A stretch of DNA of 45,478 nt from Jimgerdemannia flammicorona (lineage: Eukaryota): contig RBNJ01000060.1 of NCBI GenBank assembly GCA_003990765.1, positions 1 to 45,478 of the forward strand, read 5' to 3'. The translations under genes and the position numbers were made by a program. The notes beneath the pieces are model-generated. The model was not told the origin of the DNA, made no database searches, and saw nothing but the letters and a program-made list of their open reading frames with translations. Positions 25,701 to 37,286 of this stretch are shown in pieces; the first letter of the stretch is position 1; the number at the start of each line of letters is the position of its first letter.

Positions 25701-27958
25701 ATCTTGAGGATTCCGACATGATATGGTGGGATGGTTACTTCGATTCCTGTTCCCAACATAGTAGTGGTTTGCGGTTCGAGAATTGTGTGTGTTGTGGTAG
25801 ATAGGTCCATTTCTGCTGTATTCTCCAATTTGTACTGTAGCAAGACTGCATCGGGGTAGATTCTTCATATCTTGACTATGATGTCTTCTTCATTATTGCT
25901 GTCATTCAATAGCTCTGGTGGTCTATCTTCTGGTTTCTTCTGGTTCTTCTTTGGCTTATTGGAGATCTTTTTCACTTCAATAATATAGGAGTAGCAGCAA
26001 TCCAAGTGCTGGGCGCAGTATATTCTTTCACCATAGGGGTACCTTCCTAGTGAGGTGTATCTGTCTGTGATCCTTTTGTACCATTCTTCCTCTGTCCACT
26101 ACTTATCTTTTCCTTTCTTCATAGTAACCATGTAGACTTTTTCTTCTTGCTCTTCCTCTATTTCTGGGCAGACTCCTTTGTGGACATTGATGGGAATTCT
26201 GATCTTCTTTCTCCGGTAGACAATTTGCATCTTCTGTGTACTGAGATTGATCATTGCCTTGGCTTTGTGAAGCCATTGATTGCCAATGAGGATATCATAG
26301 TTGGTTGCATTGGTGACGATAACATCTACTGGGATGGTGGCTTCTCCAAACTTGATGGGTACATCCCAGATCTTTCCCAGAGATATTGCTTGTGTTCCAT
26401 CAGCTGTAACAAATATCAATTTGGTGGCTTCTTCTATCTTCCAGCCTAGGCAGTCTACTGCTTTCTTAGTAATGAGACATCCTCCTGCTCCCATATCAAT
26501 GATAGTTTCAAAGACTCAGTCCTTGATCTGGCAGATAGCATAGGCAGAGGTTTTGCGATTGTCTTCACTTTTTTCTCCTGAGTCCTCTTGAGCATTATTA
26601 GCCTCAGTTATCTTCCATCCTTGCTCCTTGGTTGTTTTGGCAAGTCTGAATCTTATTTGTTGTCCGAATGTTGGGATTTCTGTGAGCTGACCAAAGGTTA
26701 CATTGACCTTTTGTTGGCTAAGATCCTTGAAGATATTGTACTTGAAAGTCTTGGTCTTGCAAAGTTTCTTTTCTTTTTCTCCTTCACTGGCTGGGGTAGT
26801 TCCTTGGATAATATCTTGAACTGCTTGTTTCAGCTCCATATCTTGGTCCATCTCTTCAGCTTGGCTTTCAGTAGCCATTTCCATTTGCTTTTCTACTGGG
26901 TTCTTCTTGGATCTTCCTAGTGGTCTCTTGTAGGGTTCCTTGCAAACATCCTTCTTGGTAGTCTGAGCAAGATAGGCCTCTCATTCTTCTTCATCAGAAT
27001 CTCCAATTTCCTTGAAGATAATTGTATTGGCCTGCTCCTTATTTCATATAGCATTGCTTGGTTGAGCCTTGTGCTTGGTTTTGCTCATGCATTCATAGGA
27101 GTAGTGGCCTTCTTCTCCACAAGTATAGCAGGTGCCTTTCTTCTTGTCTGAGATGGCGGCAAAGTTCTGGACAGGGTGGCAGTCTCTTCCTCTGATCTCC
27201 TTTACTACATCCCCCAAGTGGTAGTCATTTCCGTGAACCTCTTGGTAAGTTCCTCCAAAGGGTCACTGTTCTTTTGCTGCTCTGTAGCTTTGGGCTGAGG
27301 TGTGTTTCAATTGATCATTGTAGTGGGGATTACACTGGTTGACTTAGGTGCTTTGATTCTGACTCCTGTAACTCTCTCCATTATATGGTCTTGTGGGTGT
27401 CTAGCTATCCAGTATCACTGAGCATAGGTGACCTTTTGTGGCAGATCCAGAATCACTGGTGATGAGCAGATAGCCATGACTATTTCTGGATGAACTCCTT
27501 TCATAAAGGTTGCTTCAGCTACTTGATCTTGGATAGTAGCAGCATAGTCTGTAAGAATTATCTGATATCAAATTCTGGTATAGAATGTGTTTGGATCCTC
27601 ACTTATTCCTTGGTATGTTGTATTGAGCTGATTCTTCAGAGCTTGCTTGATCTTGTCTGTATAATATGTATTTTGGAGCCAGGTCTTCTGTGCTGTCAGT
27701 ATAGCATCGGCATCATTTCCTGCATGGGTTGTGGCTGTGAATGCTGCTCTGGCAGGACCTCATAGGCTGAAGGGTATGAGAGCTACTTGCTGTACTGCTG
27801 TCAGAGTCCTTATAGTGACATACTGCTCGAAATCATCAATGAAGGTGATGATTGATTCATCTGAAGTATATCCATGGAATACTGGTAGTCTCATATCCAT
27901 CTTATCTGGGTATTGGGGCTCAGTTTGTATGGTTGTTCAGATAGGAGTGGTTGTTCAT
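22770..27958 (-). pseudogene. gag-pol of element B
   Basis: Zn knuckle CYTCGEEGHYSYEC; protease IIDMGAG; RT YVDD; integrase DVIGPLP, KWEGPY. Protein pieces closely resemble those of element A. Confidence 0.95.
25471..25870 (-). pseudogene. dUTPase domain within pol of element B
   Basis: Motifs MDL, RSSLA, GGVIDSDYTRE, RLVQ, GRAGFGSTG. Confidence 0.93.
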
Positions 27959-28014
27959 TGTTCAGCTTGAAAGTGAGAGATTCATCTTGAATCACCAGCC
28001 AATGGGCACCAAGT

Positions 28015-28473
28015 TGTAATGTAGCGGATGCTTACTCTTGAAAGTACGTCAGATTTCTGTATCTTGAAAACTTGATCTTCTCTGACTCCTCAGAGTCCTT
28101 TGAGTTGTAGGGGAGGATGGGTGAGTTTGAAGTATATCTGTCCACAGGCTTACTAGTTTCTTTGCTATCTCTTTGCTTTGAACTATTTCAATCTGAGGTT
28201 TATTCACTCGAAGATACTGGGTTATTTATATGTATAAGTTTGCTAGCTATGAGATGGTTACTGGATTACATGGCTAAGTTATGAGTCATTTAACACTTTG
28301 CAAAATATTTTGTCAGTTGTGAAATGCTATACTATATCGAGAAGCTCGATCTCGCACTTTGCGAAATATTTAGATCGAGGACTGCTAACTATGTGGCTAT
28401 ACTACTTTGGGACTGGGTGCAATCAAGTGTCTGTTCTCTATTTCCTTCTTCCAAATCTGGCTATACTGTCACA
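28015..28473 (-). repeat. 5' LTR of element B (459 bp)
   Basis: TG...CA termini. TATAAATA and AATAAA on the minus strand near 28230 and 28200. Confidence 0.95.
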
Positions 28474-28483
28474 CTATATATAA

Positions 28484-29778
28484 AGTAATATGTCTGACTC
28501 AATAGAGGCAAATTATAAGGTTGGGGATTGTACTAGTTTGGTTTGAGCCCTCAGTTACTTTGTTAAAAGTAACAAAATATTCTAAGATTCCTTGGGTCCT
28601 TATTGGTGTTTAGTGGTATAATAGTCAAAGCTAGATATCTATAAGTAGTTCTGATGATTTTCTTATTGGGACAGGTTTTTGGGTATAGTAGCAATTTGTA
28701 TATATAGCAGATAATATTTGTATAGTATGATGATCTCTGTATAGCATAGCAGGTTTCTTATACATGATAATCTGACAATTTGGCAGTTTTCTTATATGAT
28801 TTCTATATGACAATCTTGTATAGTACAACAATCTCCAAAAGTATGTAATTTCTGACAGATGACTTGATTTGGTATGGGTTTACTGAGAATAGAGAGTGGT
28901 GTGGATTCTTCCTGAATTGATGGCTCACTAGAAATGGATAAATAACTCAGATGATATGAATGGTTTGGGTAACTCAGATAACTTGAATATTACAGATTCT
29001 TCCTGAATCAGACTTACTGAGAATAACAACTTAGTAGTTCTCTGGTAAAAAATTCAGGTAGCATAGATTATTCTGAATTGGCTTATAGAGAATTGTACTG
29101 GTGGCAGATTCTTTCTAAATCAGCAGTTCTCTGGGAATATAGATAACTTAAAAGTGATAGACTTCTTAAATAACTTGGATTCTCTTCTCTTGACAAGTTA
29201 CATCAAGACTGGCTTCATTTGTATGAACAAGTTCACTGTAAAGTTGCATCAACAGACTGGCTTTATACAAAATAATAGACTTCTCTTAAAAACAGCAGCT
29301 TATTTCTTAAGTGGCAGATTACTCAAATAGTAGGAAAGTTCTTCTTTAAACTTTGGTAATAAATCTTCAGACTTATCTGATAAGCAAACCAAGGCTTTGT
29401 ATTGGAAAGTAGACTAGAGTAGAAAGGAGACCAATGATCAATATTTAGAGCCTTCTTTAGTATTTATATTTCAGACTGAGGTTTATTCACTCTTATCTCT
29501 GGAGTATTTTATACAGTTGGGATTACTACTGATTACTACATTGCAAACTATAGATTGCTAACTATAATAAGTATTCCTTGAGAGTACAGTGTACCTGGAG
29601 GGTACAGTATATCTTGAGAGTATAGTATACCTAGAGGGTATAGGTAAACATACTGTTTCTAGTATCTCTGGCTAAATATACAAGTTGGTATAGTAAAGCA
29701 GTCTTGATTGCTTAGTGCACTAGATATAGTATATGGCTAATTTATGATTTTAGTAATACAATTCTGTTGCTCATTACA
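28484..29778 (-). repeat. 3' LTR of element C
   Basis: Direct repeat of 37287-38537, ending ...cattaCA on the plus strand. Confidence 0.92.
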
Positions 29779-29805
29779 TTAGTCCCTACTAAAGGATGAT
29801 CTGTC

Positions 29806-30290
29806 CTCAGACAATCCTTCTGTCATCATTCCAATATACATAAGTATCTTCAGCATCAATATCTGAACTGGTATCCTCATTTAGATTAGAGTTACTCTAC
29901 TTAACAGGTTCTTTTTCTTTCTCTGGAAACAGGATTTTGACATGGTTGATGATGCTCCAGTAGGTGGCAGGATTTATATTTTGGATATCATTTAGGAGGA
30001 ATTATACTTGCATTAATACCAGGATATTTTATTTGTAAATTATATACAATCTGTCTGCAGCAGTAGTATTTTTCCAGGTGAGGCCAGTGGAGTTTCTGAT
30101 GTAGGTTAGGTCTACTGCTGGAAGGTTCTACAACTGTTCTTCAATTATATAGTAGGCCTATAGCTGGTAGACTTGTAGTAAATATCTAGCTAAGACTTGT
30201 TGGAATTATAGAAGAGAAACTGAGAGTAATTGGAATGAACTTAGAACAAAGGTCTGGAGGTACTGGTCAATTGTCTGGTTTATGATAAGA
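29806..30290 (-). pseudogene. Accessory ORF downstream of integrase in element C
   Basis: Single frame ...AYYIIEEQL*NLPAVDLTYIRNSTGLTWKNTTAADRLYIIYK*...INPATYWSII... followed by an acidic tail. Motif spacing matches the B and A accessory ORFs. Confidence 0.55.
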
Positions 30291-33200
30291 AAGGTATATC
30301 ATGAGGCAGTTGATGTGTACTAGTGTTCTGAGGGTCTATCCATCTATGTTTCTTAAATAGATACTGGTTTCTCTGATGTTATATACAAGATAAGGTCCTT
30401 CTCATTTGGGCTCCAGTTTGGCAGCAAAATTCATTTCAATCATACTTCTCCAAACTAGTACTTGATCTCCAATCTTGATCTCCTGATCCTTCTATTTCTG
30501 GTTATAGTACTTCTTTTGTCTTTCCTGGGCTTTGATAATCTGAGCTTAGGCTTGATTATGTAACTATTCTGCCTTCTTGAGGAGGTCTCCAAGATTCTCA
30601 TGATCAGCAGTTCTGGTTTTCTTAGTAAATATCATTTTGAATGGCTTTTGTTTAGTGGAGACAGCAGGGGTGTTCTGAATTTCCCATAGAATCTCAGATA
30701 AGCAAAGGTCTCAATTGGTAGGATTGACTTAGACAAGTCCTCTCTTGATGGTCTGATTCATTCTTTCTGTCATACTATTGGTCTGAGGGTAGTATGATAT
30801 AGTCTATTTGAGATAGATCTTGTAAATTTGGATATAATTTGTAATTATATTATTGATGAATTCTGTGTCTTGATCAGAGATAAGTTCTTCTAGGGTCTAT
30901 ATCTGAGTGTGAGTCCATAGAGAAGGCCTACAATAGTTAAGGTATCTACAATTTCCATTAGGAAAGCCTTAAGCCACTTGGTCAGATATTCTACAAATAC
31001 AAGAATATACTTATTTCTTCTTAGTATAACTAGTAGGGGTCCAATTACATCTACTCTCCATCTCTGAAAGATATTGTCTAGTAGTACAATTGGTTGCAGT
31101 AGTACTTAGTAGTTCTTTCATTCTTAGTACTTCTGATAGATATCATATTTCTTGAGTATATCCTGGACTTATGTTCTGAGATTGGGCCAATGTTGGTGTG
31201 TTGTTTGCAACTTTTTCTCTATGTTTACTTATCTCTAGTGGGCTTTCTGATATTTTTTTTAGATGAGATCTTCTTATACCTTAATGATCTGAGGAGCTTC
31301 TTTTGGGGTGTAACTCTTTGGGACACCCTTCTTCTGGTTCTTGGGGCTAGCAGAAAAGTACATCAACATTGTTGTGAGCTTTCCCCACTTGGTGGATGAT
31401 GGTGATTTTGTAATCCTGAAGGATAAGGATCCAGCAGGCTAGGATTCTAGTGGATTTCTTGTAATTAAATAGCTATTTGAGAGCTGTATGGTCTGTAATC
31501 AGGGTGAATCTTTTTCTGATGAGGTAATGCTTAAACAGAGTAACTGCCTATATGACTGCAAGGCATTCCAGTTTGGTGCTACCATAGTTCATCTGCTGCT
31601 GATTGGTAGCTTAGCTTGCATAAGCTATTATATAGTACTGCTGATTAGATCCTTCTTGGGCTAGAACTGCTCCTAGGCTATCTTTGGAAGTATCTGTATA
31701 TAAGATGAATGGCTTCTGTAGATTGGAATATATAAGGATTGGTGCTATAGTCATGCAGTTCTTGAGTTCTTTGAAAGCTTTCTCTTGTAATTCTGTCTAT
31801 TTGAATAGCACTTCTTTCTTAAGAATTGGGGCAGCAATTTGGGTAAAGTTCTTGATAAACCTTCTGTAGTAGAATACTAGCATCAGAAATGATAGTGTTT
31901 CCTTTGGGGTCTTAGGTACTGGCCAATTGTTGATCTTCTCAGTTTTCTTTGAGTCTGCATAGATTCCTTCTTTTGAAACTATAAATCTAAGGAATTCAAG
32001 TTTCTGTTTTCTGAAATAGTATTTCTTAGCATTAAGTCTCAGATAGTTCTTGTGGGTGAGCTTGAAGAATTCCTCCAGGTAGTGTAGGTGTTCTTTGAAA
32101 TTTGCTGAATAGATGTTGGAATCATCTATATATACAATTAGACAGTGGTGGATCAAGGGGGCATAGACTGAATTCATCATCCTCTGAAAGATGGGGGTGC
32201 ATTACAAAGTCCAAAGGGCATTCAGAGGTATTTAATTAGTTTTTCTAGAGCAAGAAAGGCTGTCTTTTGAATGTCTTTGGAGTCTATGGAGATCTTGTGG
32301 AATCTTGCAAAAAGGTCTATACTACTGAAGTATCTGGCATCTTATAACTAATCTAAGAGGTCATCGATTCTGAGCAAAGGATAGGCATCCTTTTCAGTGA
32401 CTGAATTGAGTTTCCTGTAATCTACACAGAGTCTCCATCCTCCTTTCTTTGATATAATAAGTATGGGGCTGGCCCAGGGGCTAGTTGAGGGTTGGATGAC
32501 TCTATTGTCTAAGAGTTCTTGAATGTACTTCTTTTTAAATGTTTTTAAGTGATGGGGTATTCTATAGAGTTTCTGCCAGATGGATGTTGCATTTTCTGTA
32601 TTTATGCTATAGTGATATGATGGGTTGTATAGCAGATTGCCATAATTAATAGTGAAGATATCTTGATATTTATTGAGGAGTTCTACTAGTTGTTGCTATT
32701 GTTGGGGTATCAATTCTTCTCCAATGTTGGTGAAAGGCTTTACTGTCTCCTGGGTCACAGAGGGGCCTTTCCTTTCTTCTGAGACCTTTTGCTATTTCCT
32801 GATAAGTTTAGTTCATAAACTTCTCTATGAGTTTGGTTAAGAAAAGGCACCAGATGTCCTATAATGATTCCTTATGGCAAGATGATGGTTTCCTAACTTT
32901 GGTTAGTTGCTCAGGAGTGCACTAAGTTTGTCTTGTCAGAGAATGTGTGTCCTTCTATATCTAAGTGTGGGATATCTTCATAGGGTTTGAAGAAAAGGTT
33001 TCTGGGATTGGGTGGTACAAAGATTTCGAAGGTGGTTTGTTCTCCAGGCTCCAGAATGAGATTCTTGTGCAGTTTGACTGGTTGGTGGTATACTTTCTAG
33101 AGAATATTTCTCTTGAGGTAGTTGACTTGAAGAAGATATACTTTCTTCTTATCTGAACTTCCAAATCCTTTGGCTTGTCTTTTTCCTTCAGTTAGTTCAG

Positions 33201-36200
33201 AGACTTCTTGTAATTGTGAGATCTTGACCTTTATGAAGACTGCTTGGGCAATCTTCTGTCCTTTAATGATTCAGTACTATTCTATACTACTGTTATATAG
33301 GATGACCTTGATTTTGCCTATATATCTTGAGTCAATGATTCCTCCTTCCATAGTTATTCCTTATCTGGAAAGTTCAGACCTTGAGATTAGTTGGATGTAA
33401 GCTCCTTGGGGTGGCTGCATGGTTAGTCTGGTTCTGATCATGAATGTTTTTCCAGACTTGATGGATTTGTCCTCCAGACTGTAAAGATCATATTCTATAT
33501 CTTCTGGGTGGGCTTTGGTTGAGAGTTTGGCCTTGGGAAGTAGCAGGGCATACTGGGGAATATTCTTACTGAGTTCAGACTATTCTTGGGCTGAAGCTCT
33601 GCTAGCAGAGAACCTCTAGGCTCTAAGATTGAGGTGTGGCCATCTGGCTCCTATAGAGGGGTCTCAAAGATAGTTGATTCCTCTTCTTCCTATAGAGTCT
33701 AGGGCTTCCATGAAGTTAGTGGTATCTTCTATCCATCCTTAGTAAGTTGTATATCTGATAAGAGCTAGGATATCTTCTCCTAAATCATAGATCTTGAGGG
33801 TTCTTCTTTCTGGCTTCTTGGTCTGGCTTTTTCAGATCTGACCTCTATTATCTCCTCTCTTCAAAGTGTGGATTGCAACATCATAACTGAGGTGAATCTT
33901 CTGATGTCTACAGTCTTGGCAGTTTGAGTGTCTTCTATAATTACAATATCCCATTGCTTGAAAATGCTATTCCCAGTTGTTGATCTCTTGTTGTCTCAGG
34001 AATCAGTATCCATCTTAGTCATAAGTTGGGGGAAGAGTGGACAATGGGTATACTTCTGTTTGGGTGAAGAGATCTTATACTCTAAATTGGCTTTGAAATC
34101 TGATAGTAACTTCTTGGAAGATAGTTGACTGTATAACTATAGTTGGAGATTATGGTCTTTGGGGTCTCTGTCTTTTCTATTAGTCTAGTAAATAGTACTG
34201 ATAGCAGTTGTCTCAGAGAGAGTAAAAGACTATTTAGTGTGGACATCTCTCTAGCCAAAATGCTCTTTCTTGGTGATTTTCTTTCTTGGGAATAATGGAG
34301 ATTGTGCTGGGTCCTTCTTCCATATTCTAAGAGTCATTATCTTCAGGTAGTGTCTACTGAGAGTCATCCCAGAGAATGAGTTCAGAGACCTCTTCTTCTT
34401 CAGGTGCTTTTTGTTCAGAAACTTCTTGATCTAGAGCTTCTTTTTCCTCAGATGTTTCTTGCTCCCAGATTGCTTATACTTCTGCAGCTTTAGCTGCAGG
34501 TGTTTCTGAAACATATTTGCATTTCTTCTTTCTTCTATACTTAGGGCAGACTATACCAGGTGAATTCCTTATCTCACTGATCTTAGAGGAGTGCTCAGGG
34601 CACTTGTATCTCTTGAGGCAGATAGAGTATCCTTTGATTTCTCCTGCAATAGCTTCAATAGTAATGGGGACAGGATTCTTAACCCATATATTGTCTTCTG
34701 GTCTATCATCTACTAGATTAATTCAGGAATTGAGTCTGGAATCATTTCTATCTTTGAATTCTTCTTCTTCTTTTGTAGTAGATTCTTCACTGCTGGTATA
34801 TTCTTCCTGGATAGTGACCTTTTTCTTCTTCTTTAATTTCTTATAGCTGATTACCTTGACTCTGTACTTTTTGCCTCAGTAGTCAAACTTAAGTATTTAT
34901 TGACTGATATCAACAACTGCATTTATTTCCTTCATTCAGTTGGTACCAAGAATCATATTATAAGTGACAGCTTCAGTGACAATAGCTTTAGAATAAAGAA
35001 CTGAATGTATCCCAGGGAGATGGTGATGTTTCATACTTCTCTAAGGGGTTGAGTTCAGGCTCCATCTGCTACTATGATGCTAAGGTTGGATGGTTCATCA
35101 ATGGGCCATTAGAGGGTATCCAGGAACCATTTGACAATGACACAGACAGCTACTCTTATATCTATGAGGATTTTCACCTTTTGTCCTCCAATATCTCTAT
35201 GTAGATAAGTACTAATATGTCTTTCTATAGCTTGGATAGGAATGGAAGCTAGCTCTTATTGTGGGATTAGAACTCAGCCAGTACTGGACCTGGTGGTTCT
35301 CAGCAATTTGTTTCAGAATTCAACTGGTATCAGTTGCAGAAACTACAAAAAGGGGACCTCTATCTTGGCTTCTTGAATCTTCTATCAGGCCTTATTGTAG
35401 ATGTCTCCGAGTATGGTCTTTAGAGTGTACTTCTTCTTAGGCTTTGGGGCAGCAGGCTCCTATTCTTCTTATTTCATTTCTTCATCCTCTAGTGACAGCT
35501 CATTTGTCTCAAGAACAAAAGGTAAGAGAGTTTGGGGAGGTGTTTTCACTTGCTCCTCTTTATGTTCTTCATCTTCTTCTTAAATAATTCTTCTACTGAT
35601 ATTCCTGAATGGCCTTCCTATAGGTCTCTTTCTTTTTTCTGCTGGATAAACTGTTTTTCAGATGGTAACCTTGGTAGAGTACAGGTCTAGATTGCTGTAG
35701 TCTTTACTGTTGCTTGCTTCTTCAAAGTCTTCAACAGGATGGGCTTCAGTCTTCTTGTACTGAGTGTCATTCCTTCAGTTTGGTGGTTCTGAGTCTCTTT
35801 GATCACTTCTTTTGTTGTCACATTCAGTAGTATAGTGTCCAAATTATCCACAGTGGAAGTATTGGACTTAGGCTCTATCTCAGATAGAGTATCTTCTTTT
35901 TTCTTGCTGATAGCTTCTGTTATCTCTTGGTGGATAACCTTGGTTCCTCTGAGGTAGGTATCCTTTATTGTCTTGATGACTCTGATTTTCATGTATGGTG
36001 AGCTTTTCAATCTGTTCAATCAATTGGTCCAACTTGGGACTGAGGTCTTGGATTTCACTTCTGTTCTTCTTTCCTTCTTTGGCTGGTCTTCTTTCTTCAG
36101 ACCTCTCTTATCCTTGGAGGAGTCCTTGTAGGGCTTTGACTAGGATATCTTCCTTATCATCCTTCTTATCATAGTCACTCCAGGTAGTTTCTTGTCTGAC

Positions 36201-37200
36201 ATCAAAGAATCCTTGGGCTATATCTACTTACTCTTCAGACCTTCTGATACCTAGGGTGCAGAAATGCTGGGCAATATTTGGAAGAATCTTATTTATAAAG
36301 GTCATTGAACCTATGATGTCTTGGTTGGTGGCATTGATTCCAGCTGTATGCATTCTCTTCTGAATTCTTATAAAGAAGGCTCTGAGTGATTCTCTAAGGT
36401 TTATCTTCATCTCTATAATAGATTCTTGAGCCTTATGGCAGGTTTCATTTCCTACATATTTTTCAATAAATTAGTGGACCATGGCTACATACTCTAACTT
36501 GTAGGATACTACTACTTATATTTGTGCTGCCAGTTCAGAGTAGGGGTCATTTGTTGTTTGGTAAAAAATTCCTTTGGCTGGTTCTCTGAGCTGGGCCTTG
36601 TAGATGGTAATTTTTCTTTCATCTGAGAGATTTCTCAGAGCTGTAATTCCTTCAATTCCATCAAGGAATTCTCTAGGGTCTCCCTCTAGATATCCTGCAA
36701 AGGTTGGCAATAAGGTTGTTATTTCATCATCACTTTCTTTTGATTCTGGTTCTGGTCTGGATTCTGATTCAGATTCAGACTCTGATTCACTTTCTGAACT
36801 ATTACTGGAAATGAGGATACTTGGGTATCTTGAGGATAGAGTTCTGAACCTTGGGCAAAGTAGAATAAACCTAGGTATTTTTGAAGGAGCTGCTTTCAGT
36901 TCTGTAAGAGTTGGTGGTAAAGATTCTATGGGTGAGATTGGTGGAACTGCTGTAGGGTATCTGGTTGCATAATTTCAAACTTGTGTAATAAGATCTTCCA
37001 GTTTTTGAGTAAGTTCTCCAAAGTCTCTAACAGGGCTACCTGTGTTGTCTAGCTAATCTGATTGAGGATTTTGAGCTATACTGATTTCTGGTGGGAATCC
37101 TTCTGATACCAGGTAGTTGGCAAGTTTTGAGGTAATTATTTCTCTTTCTGTTCAGATACTGGTGATAACTAGTTCTCCTGTAGTAGTAGAGATTGATATT
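30290..37200 (-). pseudogene. gag-pol of element C
   Basis: Gag LPTFAGYLEGDPREFLDGIE; protease [32 protein letters not shown]; RNase H LYTDTS, TDHTAL; integrase DVIGPL, SDQDTEF, KLEPK*EGPY. Ends are approximate. Confidence 0.9.
33154..33555 (-). pseudogene. dUTPase domain within pol of element C
   Basis: Motifs EYDL, ISRSEL, GGIIDSRYIGK, KIAQ, RQAKGFGSS. Confidence 0.88.
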
Positions 37201-37286
37201 GTATCAAATGTGTCCAGTTTGACTGTGGGTTCTTATGAGCTGAAAAGTTATATTGATTTTGAAATTTTCTCAGTTGTGCCCCCAAA

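Larger units (their letters stand above)
21913..28473 (-). mobile_element. Ty3/Gypsy LTR retrotransposon B (complete, degenerate; short LTRs)
   Basis: LTRs at 21913-22317 and 28015-28473. Perfect 4-bp TSD ctat (21909-21912, 28474-28477). PBS at ~27995-28011, PPT at ~22319-22328. Order gag-PR-dUTPase-RT-RH-IN. Confidence 0.96.
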
